From Chrysomallon squamiferum (Eukaryota > Animalia > Mollusca), in assembly GCA_012295275.1 (NCBI GenBank), contig CM022677.1, positions 17,732,001 through 17,796,000 on the forward strand: a stretch of 64,000 bases of DNA, given 5' to 3'. Shown piece by piece: positions 23,610 through 37,949 of the stretch. The notes under the pieces are model-generated. The model had not been told where the DNA came from. It did not search any database and worked only from the letters and a program-made list of their open reading frames with translations. The stretch's first letter is position 1; each line of letters starts with the position of its first letter. The translations under genes were made by a program, and so were the position numbers.

Positions 23610-24060
23610 TCACATACAGACACACAGACACACAGACAACCCAGATACACACACACAGTCACAATGAAAAACACACAGACACAGATACACACACACACAG
23701 ACACACAGATACACAGACACATAGCGACACAGATACACAGATGACACACAGACACACAGGCGCATAGACATATATACACGCAGACACAGACACATAGATA
23801 TGTAGTCACACAGACAAAGACACACACAGACACACAGATACACACAGACACACAGATACACAGAAACACAAACATGGACACACAGGGACACACACACATA
23901 CACACACACACATACACAGACACACCAGGCACACAGACACACAGACACACACACACATGGACACAGACACATAGACACACAGACACATAGACACATAGAC
24001 ACACAGACACACACAACACATAAACACACAGACACACAGATACACAGAAACACAGAAGAA
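23610..24060. repeat. Compound (CA)n/(CACAGA)n microsatellite
   Basis: Directly visible. Confidence 0.9.
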
Positions 24061-24198
24061 ATTGACACAGTACACTTTTGAACAATTCTAAATTGTTAAC
24101 TACATTGGTAAAAACAATCTTTATCTTTTTTTAATTCTTTGTTGTTTCTTCAAAAATAATCTTTTATGTTTTTCTTTTATTGTTTCTTCCAAGCAATA

Positions 24199-24238
<40 letters not shown>

Positions 24239-25115
24239 AAATAAATAACAGTATAGAATATTTGCCCCTTTGATATTAAATAAAAGGATAACGTGTGTAA
24301 AGTGTGTGTTTTATTTTTATTATCGTGATATCATATATGTATATAAAACACTATCTCCTGTGTTTGAAATGTAAATTATCTGTGTCATGCGTGTCACTTC
24401 GCCATTCAAATAAAACATTCTATTTATAGATTAAAATAAAGTTTTCAAACGGATACCATGCTCTCGTAATGTGAGACAACAAATTACTCGTAATAAATCT
24501 AAACGGACGTTCACTCAAACTAATACATATTAACTCTTTTTTAATATATAATTATTATTATAAAATGATGAATAAAATGCAGAGACTAGTGTATATACCC
24601 CTTTACCAGCATCATAACATTGTTACTAATCCTCATTTATAATACATTTTTAAAATACGAGTGTATAAAATCAAATTATAATATATTATCCACTATAAAA
24701 ATGGCTATATATATATACACTCATATTTTAAAACCATTATAATAAATGTATTCTTATGTAGTTGACTTTGCAGTATTTTTTCAAATGTTGATGAGAAATA
24801 GCGATGATACTGAAATCGTTATTATAATTATATTAGTCTCCTTAAATATTGCTTCAGTTATATATTAAAGAGATTTGGAAAGAGATCAGGCGGGATAACC
24901 AGTCTTTTTCTTTTGCTTAACGTTTGATAACAGAGTTACTTCCCATGACGTAAACTCAAACAAAAATTTAAATAGTATTGATAACTGTTACGTTTGTTTA
25001 AACCAAACTGGATTATACGTGTATTAAGAAAGCTCAAATAACACACATAAACAGTTTATTTATTTGTTTAATATGTGGCATAGTGTTGTCATTATATATA
25101 TTTAAATTCATCGTA

Positions 25116-25148
<33 letters not shown>

Positions 25149-25381
25149 CTATACTATTATTACTATTGTTTATTTTGTTATTACTTGTTGTTGTTGTTGT
25201 TGTTTTTTTGTTTGTGTTTTTTAATTAATTAATTATATGTAAACATATATAAATCGAGCCTGTCAAAAATGAAAACATATCAGGTGAATCATCCTTTTCA
25301 TTATTTTTGCTGTTTTTACTACTACTACAACAACGGCTACGACGTCAACAACAATAATAAATCCAAGAATTAATGTAACCA

Positions 25382-25433
<52 letters not shown>

Positions 25434-25587
25434 TTGATAATAATAATAATAATAATAATAAAATAAAATAAATGAACTAATAACTTCAACATTTCATTTC
25501 ATATTTTTTCTTTTTCTTTCTATCTTTCTACTTTTCACACGCATTAGTGCGTGTGACACTTTTTGTTGTCTTTTATCTCTCTGTCAG

Positions 25588-26814
25588 TACATCTACAAAC
25601 ACCACTTAAACAACGCCGACTGGTTCATGAAAGCAGACGACAATACTTACGTCATCGTAGAGAACTTACGTAACTTCCTGTCCACAAAAAAAGACGTCAG
25701 TTTTTCAAGAAGCTTGCTACGTGCTCAGTAAAGAAACACTGACACGCTTGAGCACAAGGGGAAATAACTCTACGATCTGCAGACAATGTGGTTCAAAAGA
25801 AGATGTAGTAATAGCAAATTGTCTTAAAAGACAGAGTGTTGACCCGATAGCTGGTATTAACAAATTGAGCAGAAATCTTTTCCACTGTATGAACTCTGGA
25901 GCTCATGTGACAGGGCGTTTACCGTACTGGTACTATCAACTTGGTCAGTCAAGAAAGTAAGTAAATAAATAATCTTTCTGATTCAGTGGTACCTCACGTA
26001 ACGAGTGCTCCAACTTACGAGTTTTTCGAGTTACGAGCGAGCTTCTTTGCGAACCAAAATCGAGATACACTGCCAGTAGTTGGCGCTACGAACAACAAAA
26101 CATCCGCCTATGAACCCACGTCTCACTCGTTTCCTTAACGTGGTTACCGCGGTTTGGAAGCATCTCTTTTGTGTTGTACTCGCACTTTGTCCAGTATTTT
26201 GAGAGATTTCCATGAATCCTAAGAAAGTGAGTGCAAAGGACAGTGCCGAGAAGAAGAAGCGGATGATATCCATTGAATTAAAGCATCCGCCCATAATCCC
26301 GCGTCAAGAGCGAGATATGCCTTTTGTCAACATGGCTAGGTAGTTCGAGCGTAGTACTTTTACGATATGTACCATACTGAAACAGAAGGAGTCGATAAAG
26401 GCGTTAAAATAACCTCTAATTGTAGACCTCTGTCCATGAAAAGATGGAGAAACCCTAACCCTGTACACTATATAATACCAATTTATTTCCTAACATTCTC
26501 TTTTATTTTATTTCTATACGATATATGTCATTTATACACACATTTATTTTTATTATTCAAAAAAATTGGGGTGGTTTTGGAGGGCCTAAAACGAATTAAT
26601 GGTATTTCAATTAATTTCATTTGGAAAAATTCATTTAATATACGAGCAAATTGATTTACGAGCTCGTTTACTGAGGAATTGAAATCGTAAGTCGATACCA
26701 TTGTATATGTCTTATTCTATCTTACGTTATTCCTGTTTTTAGATATACCAGGCTCCCAGTGATTATGCAATTTCCTTTCATTATACAAATCCAGAAAAGA
26801 TGTTTGAAATCGAA
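25588..26814 (+). pseudogene. C1GALT1: Core 1 beta-1,3-galactosyltransferase (T-synthase, GT31) pseudogene fragment; exons 25588-25956 and 26743 to about 26814
   Basis: Reads [32 protein letters not shown], then a frameshift or deletion, then [11 protein letters not shown]...CRQCGSKEDVVIANCL...LFHCM...LPYWYYQ. After the intron it reads SDYAISFHYTNPEKMFEIE. These match the C1GALT1 motifs DWFxKADDDTYV, YVLSKEAL, EDxxxGxC and SDxAxSFHY. The PIYFG...SGGAG segment is missing, DDD has become DDN, and the 3' end runs into (GA)n. Confidence 0.85.
25984..26703 (+). mobile_element. Internally deleted Tigger/pogo-like DNA transposon inside the C1GALT1 pseudogene intron
   Basis: Termini CAGTGGTACCTC ... 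GATACCATTG followed by TA, with repeated TTACGAG subterminal motifs. Decayed CENP-B-type HTH start: MNPKKVSAKDSAEKKKRMISIELK ... AR*FERSTFTICTILKQKESIKA. A right-end fragment of the same family lies at about 27940-27995. Confidence 0.85.
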
Positions 26815-27254
26815 GAGAGAAAGAGAGAGAGAGATTGACAGATTATGCATACACAGTATATGTATGAAGCAGTTAAATAAATAAATAGAGAAAGAAAGAA
26901 AGAAAGTAGTAATGTCTTTTGTTTGACATACACGCTGGAACAGTCACAATGACGTAAACAATAGTTTGACGTCACTACATTTTGATTAAGAAGGCGATGA
27001 CTAAAGTTTGTCAGCTTGCGCAGACAAAGAAACAAAAGACAAGTATATAAAGAGAAGATTAAACTCTGACATGTATTTACGAGTCTCTGTAAACGAATGA
27101 CTTGAAGACAACAGCATTTACTTCAATTGAAACAAGATATCGTAGGATAGCTAGGTGACAGCGATATCTTGAACCTAGCTAACCTAGATGAACCTAGCTA
27201 ACCTTGCAAGGCATAATCTAGAAATCTATTCTCATATAAATATCATGGAGAGAC

Positions 27255-27368
<114 letters not shown>

Positions 27369-27370
27369 GG

Positions 27371-27456
<86 letters not shown>

Positions 27457-27997
27457 TACTGATTTATTATTAAATTATATTTATTTAAAGATGTTTAATA
27501 AACTAACGTTACGATATGTATACACTGATTTCTGGTGGAAACAAAAGATAATAATAATTATTACAAACCTTACTTTTTTTTATTCATTTATTTATTTTTC
27601 ATTTGATGTAATTTCCATGTTGGCATGTCCCGAGATCACACTAAATGAAGAATGATCCGTCATATTACTGTATTGTTAGAGTCGTGAGGAAACATCAAAG
27701 GAACAGTCACAGTTCTCAGTTTCTGCTGCACGTGTGCAACTTGCTGTGAAGATAACGACACTTCGTCTTGATATCACAACTTGGGTGGCAAAAGCTATCA
27801 ACCTGTGATGGGAGGCCATGACATGTTGCATGTATGTGGCTATGTCTATATACATATATATATATGTATGTGATTTCTGCGGAGAACAAAAAATATAACC
27901 AGCATTAGTTATTATTGTTTTCGAAGAAATGCAGAGTAATTTGAGTTACGAGCTTGGTCACGGAACGTACTAAACTCAGGAGTCAAATACCACTATG

Positions 27998-27998
<1 letters not shown>

Positions 27999-28067
<69 letters not shown>

Positions 28068-28121
28068 TGTGTGTGTTTGTGTGTGTGTGTGTGTTTGTGT
28101 GTGTGTGTTTGTGTGTGTGTT

Positions 28122-28206
<85 letters not shown>

Positions 28207-28248
28207 GTTTGTGTGTGTGTTTGTGTGTGTGTGTGTGTTTGTGTGTGA

Positions 28249-28280
<32 letters not shown>

Positions 28281-28297
28281 GTTTGTGTGTGTGTTTG

Positions 28298-28392
<95 letters not shown>

Positions 28393-28539
28393 GTTTGTGT
28401 GTGTGTGTTTGTGTGTGTGTGTATCTTTGTTACTAGTCCGTTCAGTTGAGTGTCACCAGTACAGACATACAGACAAACACACACAGACATACACACACAC
28501 AAATATACACAAACAGACACACACACACACACACATGTG

Positions 28540-28620
<81 letters not shown>
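27999..28620. repeat. (GT)n with GTTT interruptions, followed by (CA)n and (TA)n
   Basis: Directly visible. Confidence 0.95.
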
Positions 28621-28621
<1 letters not shown>

Positions 28622-31419
28622 CTAAAAGAAACTTCGCTATGATTTCATATAAAAACAGTAAAAATAATTTTAAATAATTTGGTTTCCATGTGTTGAAAAA
28701 TCATTAGCAAGGATCACCGATATAAATTTCAAATTACGATTAAGTATTATCTTCTACTGGTTCTTTTCAAAACTTAATTTCTGAAGTCTGTAACTTATTA
28801 TATAAATATATTTCGTTCCTTGTCTATTACACTAATGGCAGTTCTAAAAATAAGTGTTACATCTTTAAAGCTGTCTTCTCCATTTTACTTTGATAAAGTT
28901 TTGTGAAAATATCTCGCTGCCAAAGCGAGGCCCTTTTAGTATGTAAATGTGTGTGCGTGTGTGCACGCATACCACATGCAGTCACGCACTGATTCGGACA
29001 TCCAGCCACACAGATACACAGACATACAGACGCCAAAAAAAAGTATCTTTTAAAAACTTGTAAATTGTTAAAATGTTTTATCTTCTTTTTTTTTTTGTTC
29101 CTTCAAGTGTATGTGAAATGAACCATAACCGTTAAAAATAATAAATTAACAAATAAAAATTAATAAAAATAAAATTAAATAAGTAAATAAATAAATAAAT
29201 CTTTTACTTCTATGTTTTAGTTATTAATATTTATAGATTTTTGATGAGTTTACTGTTACAGATGACTTGTGACGCTTCACATATTAGGTAATGTGACACT
29301 CGTGTTTGTAAAGAACATTCTAAAAGTTTAGTAGCTAATTTCAACTATACAATCTCTTCACAACCGCACCATGCTCAGGTGCAGACGTATCAATGAACAT
29401 CTAAAGAAATAAATCTAAAGGTACATTCACACAAAACATTTCATATTAACGCGTTTTTACTATATGTTTATTATTACAACAAGATCATTAAAATGCATCA
29501 ACTACTATATTCTCCGTTTTACCAGTATCTCAGTAACGGATTGTTCTTTTATATTATTTATATTCTCCAATTTTTTTTTTTTTTATATTTGTTTTTATTA
29601 CCCTGTCACTCTCTGTACTTCTCGCATTTTTATTGAAATTACGTATCAAAAGGCTGTAAAGATTACAGTGATAAAGAATTGAATTGGTCCACATATCTCT
29701 ACAATAAACACATGTAAACAAAACATTAAACCCATTTGACTGACTGCCTGAATTGATATCATGTTGTCATTAGGCCAAGTGCTTTACAGTCTTGGGCATT
29801 ACGTCAAATGTCTAGCTGCTCGTGTTCACTGTAAAAATTACAGTTACTAAAAATAACAGGCAAAGTGGGAAATCTGGGTGCATACAATGACTTTGACAAT
29901 TACTTTGCAATGACATTGACAGTGACTTTCAAAATAACTTTGCAATCACTTTATATGACTTTGCAATGTCTTTGACAATGACATTGAGTTTATTCTCATA
30001 GACTACAGGATTACAGTACAGAGAAGAATGTATTATAGATAATAACAAAACTGAAAACCACTGGTTGGTTAGACGATATCGTGTATAAACATTTCACATA
30101 GGGAAGAAAAATGAGAGAAAGAGAGCGAGAGAGAGAAAGAGATATATATCTATATATTTGGGAGAGAGAGATAAAAGAGAGAGACATATACATACATGCA
30201 TACATATATACATACATAACTGTATGTCATTAGGTGTGCCCATGGAAATAAATATATTAATTGTTAACTTTATTAAGTGGTTATAATAAAATGGTCACTC
30301 TGTAATTGCCTTCAGCTGTTTCTTTAGAAAAATAAACAAATTATAAATCACAAGAAAATTAAAACAAAATAATGAAAAGAGCATAAATGACAATATAAAT
30401 AAATAAACAAATAAATTCGTTTTTAGATATTTGTTCAACCATTGAAAAAAAATGATACTGAAATTGTTATAAAATCGTATAGATAATTGTTATTTGTTTA
30501 AATAAAACTGGATAAAACATGTCTTAAGAATAGACATATAACACACATAAAATGTTTATTTATTTATTTAGTATTTGGCACAGAGTTGTCATTATAAATT
30601 TAAGTTCATCGTCATTATTATTATTATTGTTGTTGTCGTTGTTCTCGTTGTTGTTGCTGCTGTTGTTGCTATTGTTGTTCTTTTTATTAGTTAATTATAT
30701 ATAAATGGAGTCTGTCAAAACTGAAAGGACCTCTGCTGAATCATCCTTTTTGATACTTGTTGTTTATACTACTACTACTACCACGACGACGACGAAAACA
30801 ACAACAACAACTACAACCCAAAAACTTAACTAAACAAAAAAAACACAAGTAATCGATGAATGAATCAACTAACAAGTTCAAAATTTCATTTCATTTTTTC
30901 TTATTCTTCTTTTCTCTTTTGTACTTGTAGCATTTTTTTTTTATGACATTGCAAATGAATAAGCTGTAAAGCTAACGATCATAAAGAATTGAAATGAACC
31001 ACTAATCCCTACAACGAACACTGTCTGACTGATAAACCCATTTCACTGACTACCTGAATCCAAAATAACTGGCAAAGAATCAGGATCACGTAGATCAATG
31101 TAGGAAGGACAGTATAGGTAACTAGATTGTATCACAGGTTGTGTATGAACAGTTCCAAAGCGACAATGATTATCGGTGTTTAAGGCGTGGCCAAATGACG
31201 TTTGAAATATTATCTGTAGAGCGCATGATGAGCAGTGTGACTGTTATTGATAATTGGCAAAACGCCATGTCTCACCCCATTCACAGATCATATAGGACGG
31301 TGTTTCAAGTTTAATCATCTCATTAGTCGCAAAACGTCTTAAAGGAAACATCAAACAAACATTTCTCAGTTCACAGTTTGCATCTGAGCGATATACAAGT
31401 TTTCTAAGACAGAAAAGAA

Positions 31420-31858
31420 ATGGATCAAAACAACGAAAGTTTGTTACAAAACAAAGAAGTGAAACAGAGAGAAAGGTGTAATCCAGGTAGCAGTGACGAG
31501 CCACTCATCAAAACAAATGGAGAAAAAAATTTAGACAAAGAAAAGAACGCAGAAAAAGAGAAAAAGAAATTCTGGACAGAGGTCATTGTCCTTTTTCTTC
31601 CCATTAACATATTTCTGGTGATCGTTATATCTCTAACTTTCACTACACCACGGGTGCAGTCACAACGTCAAACCGTTGTGCAATGGGACGACGACGTCTG
31701 CTTTCCGTGCAAAGATGTTTATCTCACCGACGATGACAAAACTGACAACATCTACGACTTCGACGTTCGAGAAGATGGAAATCTCTGCTGTGCTGGTCGT
31801 GAGCGAAACCTGATCGACATCGTAACAAAGGTTTTTATTATTATTATTATTATTATTA

Positions 31859-31908
<50 letters not shown>

Positions 31909-32926
31909 ATTATAATTATTATTATTTTTATTATTATTATTAGTAGTAGTATGATTAGTAGTAGTATATTTTTACGTATCAACCAAAATTGGTTGATTCT
32001 TGTCTACAATTCTATTTATTCGCAGTTTGCAGAAACTCAGTACCAGCAAGAGAGAGCCAAACGTGAGTAGTAAATCATTCTTAATATACAGTAATATTCT
32101 TAATACATTCAAAACTAAAAACTGACATTTGTTACAGACACACACACAAACACGCACAAGCACACAACATTTATATACATACAGGTTTAAGAAAAAAACA
32201 ACAACAAGCAAACACACAGGTATGTGTTAAACTTGATATTCAGGCTTCGACAGTAAGACACGTCTGAACGACATTTTCTAGTAAACGACTGGTTCGATCT
32301 GATCACAACTGTTTCTAACTAGACCGACTGGTCGTGTTAATAATGTATGAACGTGAATTAATTTACTATCCAGTGATCCTATAAACATTAATATATTCTA
32401 TTTTTATTCGTCAGTACGGAAATCCCCGGTTCTATAATTAGACGTGTTGTGTGCAGTGGGCAGTGAATAAGTAAACAATCCCGACTTCGTGCTAACCGCT
32501 GAGTAATAAGGACATTTTTTTGTAGAGGCGGGATTCGTTGCAAGTCGGTCGATTCCGTACCTCGTTACACATTCGGAACATTTCGTACATTTCTTTGAAA
32601 TATGAGCGTAGCGGAAAGTGACGAGGTGTTCCGACTGACCGGAATATAGAGTGTGCGTGTGCTAAATGTAGTACGCATAATTAAAAACATTAATGTCGAA
32701 ATATATATAGATATATATATATATCTAAATATATTGTTTTTAGATTCCGAAAAACGTTTTGATGGGGAGAGTGACCGTTTAGCATATCTACGCGAAATTG
32801 ACTGGGTGAGGTCAGGTGAGGTCAAAGTTCATCAAAGGTTAAACAGTAATGAATTATTAAAGTATTAAAAATCATTTTTAAATAACAGATGTGTTCATTA
32901 TTTACCTTACTAGCTATTTATTATAA

Positions 32927-32971
<45 letters not shown>

Positions 32972-33039
32972 TTATAAGTCTCTTTACTAGATTGCTTAGA
33001 TCGAATGTAGATAGAGAAAGAGAGTTTGCTAAACAATTA

Positions 33040-33072
<33 letters not shown>

Positions 33073-33090
33073 GTATCATTATCATTATCA

Positions 33091-33158
<68 letters not shown>

Positions 33159-33553
33159 TTGCAGAAGGACAAACTATACTGCACTGGAAACAAGACGCTT
33201 CGTTCATTGGGAAGAAGATGATGTACAAAGATGGCCGCATTCAAGTAAAAACGCCTGGCACGTGTTTTATTTACGCTCATCTTGTTTTCGTGAACAACCA
33301 AACACAAGACGACGCCACTTCTGCTCATTCCATCTGGCTTAGAAATGGCTGGAAACAGGAAGAGAAATTACTCGAACTATTCAACTCTCACGTTGCTTTG
33401 CCATCACCAGAGACAGCAGGGTTTACTCCCACTTACCAAGGTGCGTTGTTTGAACTGAAAGCAGACGACAGTATTGAACTGCGCGTGCAGAACATTAAAA
33501 ATCTTCAAAAGGACAAAAACAAACACAACTTCGGAATTGATTGCTTTCAATAA
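31420..33553 (+). CDS. TNF-superfamily ligand, type II membrane, about 302 aa, copy 1. Exons 31420-31830, 32026-32062, 32744-32815, 33165-33553
   Basis: Cytoplasmic N-terminus, TM helix (VIVLFLPINIFLVIVISLTF) and a stalk with CFPC...CC. The TNF homology domain has strand A (LAYL), LHW, 'MMYKDGRIQVKTPGTCFIYAHLVF', 'TYQGALFELKADDSIELRV' and 'HNFGIDCF'. GT-AG introns with phases 0, 1, 1 join in frame. Confidence 0.9.
32418..32427 (-). promoter_or_regulatory. Candidate NF-kB site GGGGATTTCC in TNF copy 1 intron 2
   Basis: The plus strand GGAAATCCCC is an exact GGGRNWYYCC match on the minus strand. Function is inferred only. Confidence 0.35.
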
Positions 33554-35779
33554 TTTTGATTAACTAACAAGTGGAGATGTCGTGATTTAATAAAAGAAAA
33601 TGATTAAACACGAAATACAAACTTACAAAACACAGACATAACTTTCACTTAGAGAAGTTTGATGAGAATCAGTTTTCTGAATTTAATGTTACTACTACTA
33701 CTACTACTACTAAATACAATGTTTTTCTACAAAATACAACAGAACCTCTGCTGAAGTTAACTTTTTTGTTTAAGATTAATATTAAAGCCCTTTAATTTGA
33801 AACATGGTCTTGTTTATTTATTCCTTAGACACGTGATTTCATGTAGTGAGTAACTAGATATATATATATATATTCGTATGTATGTATGTATGTGTGTATG
33901 CATGTATGTATGTATGTATGAATATATGTATGTATTGAAGTAGTATAATTATTTTCGAGAATAGTTGTTAATCTGAAATCAGACTGATCAAAGTAAACTG
34001 TGGCTATTATCTCTAAGTGGGTGAGAATACCGGGAAATCCGAGGTCAACACTGTCAGTAACAACAAGCAGAGACAACACAGAGTTGTCCTGATTTAGTGT
34101 TAAACTATGTTAGTTTTATTTAAAGGTGTTAAATGAACTCACGTTATCAGACAGATTTGATCCACAGCAAATCACAGTCATCTATTTTTAACTGGGTTGG
34201 TAAACCCCAACTGAATTCTGGGGCGAAATCAAAATAAAATAATAACAAACCTTACTTATTATTGTTTTCGAAGAAATGCAGATTAGTATTTATATATTTA
34301 TTTATTTTTCATATAATTCCCGTGTTGATGTATCATGAGATTCCATTAAATCAGTAATGATCCGCCATTTTACTTTATTATTAGAGTCGTCAGAAAACAT
34401 CAAATGAAGAATCACATTTCGCAGTTTCAATGAACTGGAACAAAAAAAATTGGTGAAGTCTTACTGCCGCACGTAAACACACCAAAATAAATAAATGAAC
34501 AAACAAACAAACATATATATATATTTAATTGGTCAGAAAATAAAATACGATTAAACACGAAACACAAACTTACAAATCACAGACATAACTTTCACTTACA
34601 GAACTTTGGTCTCTTTTATATTTTTTCTATAATAATAATAATAACAACAATAATAATAATAGTGGTAGTAGTACTAGTAGTAGTAGTAGTAGTAGTAATA
34701 ACATTGTAATTAGTTCTGGTTAACATGTGGTAGAAATTATTAGAGATAGTATTAGTGTGCCAGTTGTCAAAGTGCCAGAATTAGATAAACATCAAATCAT
34801 AGACTAGATTGTAATTTTTTCCTACAAAAGGCAACATAACCTCTGCTGAAGGTAATTGCTTTTGTTAAATATTACTTTGAACACATTGGGATTGGAGTGG
34901 AACTGAAATAATTTATGAGTGAATGAACATTAACTGTTGATATTAATTTATACATGCATGTAACTGACTTATCCTCAGATTTCATTGTAATGAACTGAAA
35001 ATTAATACATGTATTATGGTTTTGATTATATGTTTGTTGAATATTTTTGTTTTATCTAACCATCCGTTGTTTCGTATTGGTTTGATTTCTTTAATTTTTG
35101 TAAACGTTAACATTGCTATATCAGGAATTTACTAATATTAGAGTCCATTAATTTGAAACCCAGTTTTTTTTTTCTTTATTCCTTAGAAAATATATTTATG
35201 ATAAACACAGTTACTTCCCTTGTCGGTGGGAGGGAATCCAAATCTTATTGATCATTGTTACGTTTGTTTACCATGAATTAACTGATATTAAACTCTATTA
35301 ATGTGAAACCCCGGCTTGTTTGTTTATTCTTTAGAAACGTGATTTGATGTAGTGAGTAACTATAATATTTCTTTAACCATAGATCTGAGATAGCAATAAT
35401 ACTGAAATCGTTATAATCATTGTATTCTTCTTCTTGACTATTGCTTCAGTTATATATATATATAATTATACTTATATATCAAATGGTTTCAAAAGAAATC
35501 AGGCGGTGTACTCAGAGTTTTCATTTACTTAACATTTGATAAACAGAGTTACTTCCCTTGTCGGGAAATACGGAGGTTGGAATCGAAATATTATTGATAA
35601 TTGTTACGTTCGTTTAAACAAAACTGTATTAAACATGTATTAAAAATGCACGTACAACACACATAAACGGTTTATTTATTTGTTTAGTATTTGATATAGA
35701 GTTCTCATTATATGCTTAAATTCATCGTATTTAATATTATTATTATTATTATTATTAATATTATTTTTATTATTATTAA

Positions 35780-35839
<60 letters not shown>

Positions 35840-37140
35840 TGTTGTTGTTGTTGTTTCGTTGTTGTTGTTGTGGTTTCTTTGCTGTTTTTATTTTTTTATT
35901 ATTTGATTAATTAATTATCTGTAAACATACATAAATCGAGCGTGCCAAAAATGAAAACATTTCAGGTGAATCCTTATTTTCATTTTTGTCGCTGTTTTAC
36001 TACTACTACAACAACGACCACGACGGCGACGAAAACAACAATAATAAATCCAAAAATTAAACTATAAGAAAAAAAACAACAAAAACAATCGAGGTATAAA
36101 TGTACTAATAACTTCAACACTTCATTTTTTTTTTCTTTCTCTCTTTGTTTTTTTCACACGTATTAGTGTGTGTGTTATTGTTTTTCTGTTGTTGTTTTTT
36201 TGCCCCAGGAAATCAGTATCTTAACTGTTATATTCATAAATTGGTTATCATAAAATGTTCACTATGAAATTGCCTTCAGCTGTTTCTTCAGACGGAATTA
36301 AATAAGGAAAACATTAAAAATAATAAAATGTAAAACAAAAAGATATAAAAAAATATAATTAATTAATTAAGATAAGTAAGTATGTGAGTACTAATGCTTC
36401 GGAAGAAAAAACATATATTTTTTAAAATCCTTAAAATAAATGTATCATTATGTACTTGCGATTTACAGTATTTCTTTGACCATTGATCTGAAATAGCAAT
36501 AATACTGAAATCGTTATAATGATTACATTGTTCTTCATGAATATTGATTCACTTTATCTATATATTTACCAGTTTCAAAAAGAGATCAGGCGCTATAATC
36601 AGGGTTTTCATTTAGTCAACATTTGGTGAACAGAGTTACTTCCCTTGTCCGGAAACTCGGAGGTTGGAATCGAAATCTTATTGATAATTGTTACATTTGT
36701 TTAAATGAAACTGCATTATACATGTGTTAAAAAAACACGAATAACTCTCATAAAAGTGTTTAGCGTAGAGTTGTCTTTATATATCTAAAACCATCCTCAT
36801 TATTATTATTATTATCATTATTACTGTTGATGTTGTTATTGTTTGTTTTTTTATTAATTAATTATATATAAACATATATAAATAGAGCCTGTCAAAAATG
36901 AAAACATATCAGGTGAATCATCCTTTTCATTATTGTTGCTGTCTTTACTACGATTCCTACTACAACAACAACAAACTATTCGACGAATAAATGAAATAAT
37001 AACTTTAAAAAAATTCATTTCATTTTGTTCTTTTTATTTCTCTCTTTCTGTCTTTCTGTTTGTGTGTGCGTTTGTGCCTGAGAGTGCCTGTGTGTGTGTG
37101 TATGTGTGTGCGTCCTTTTCTCTTTTCTCTCTATCCTAAC

Positions 37141-37780
37141 TTAACCGTATCGTGACGTCATATATTCCATAACTTTGCTGAGACAAACTCCGTAACCTTT
37201 ATCTTTAACATCAGCCGACTTTCCTTTCTTGAAGTCAAACTTTTCCACAAATTTCAAATCAAAATACTTCAGTAAACGACTATAGGAAAAAAACTGGAGG
37301 CTTCTTGTTATTCATGTATGCGATTCCAAACAATCACACATACTCAAACATGAATCTTTCCATTCTTCTCGTGTCCTGAATCTTAACTAAAGAATTGCTA
37401 GTGGTCTTCAGTTTCCACCTAACGTACAAGTTAAATGTTTTTCTTCGTTTGTACGTCGCGCTGTGAGTATAATTACCCAGAAGGCCAAGATTTCCGTCCA
37501 GTCACCACTTTTCGTCTGAACCAGCTTCTCTTGTGTTACTATAAGCTGCCGTCGTAGTTGCAGAACTCAGAATGACGTCTTTCCTTGTTACCAGATGTAC
37601 TTTATTGTTAGAGTTATCTGCCGCTGTACGACGTGAATGATGATGACATCTCATTCCACGTCATCTTAAACACGAACAGCGAAGTTTTCTAAAATACGTT
37701 TTCTCGCTGTTTTCGTCGTATAAATACATTTTAATTAGAATTACTGAAATGGCGATCAGAATAAATATCCAGACAGACAT
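37141..37780 (-). pseudogene. Decayed intronless coding relic, possibly a type II membrane glycosyltransferase
   Basis: Complex, higher-GC island. Starts MSVWIFILIAISVILIKMYLY (signal-anchor-like). Later fragments RRMERFMFEYV*LFGIAYM and YSRLLKYFDLKFVEKFDF contain stops and frameshifts. The family guess (GT92/DUF23) is weak. Confidence 0.3.
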
Positions 37781-37854
37781 TTAATTTATCCATGTTTTAA
37801 AAATATGTTGTTCTGTTCGACGTTTAATAACGCTGAATTTGCAGTTACAGTGCA

Positions 37855-37949
<95 letters not shown>

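Noticed and set aside
33026-33164. Poly-Tyr/His N-terminus of ORF 33026..33553 and poly-Ile tail of ORF 31420..32070
   Set aside because: Intronic (TAT)n microsatellites read through from the real TNF exons.
37141-37780. Selenoprotein reading of the three in-frame TGA codons
   Set aside because: No SECIS element was recognised, frameshifts are also needed, and decay is the simpler explanation.
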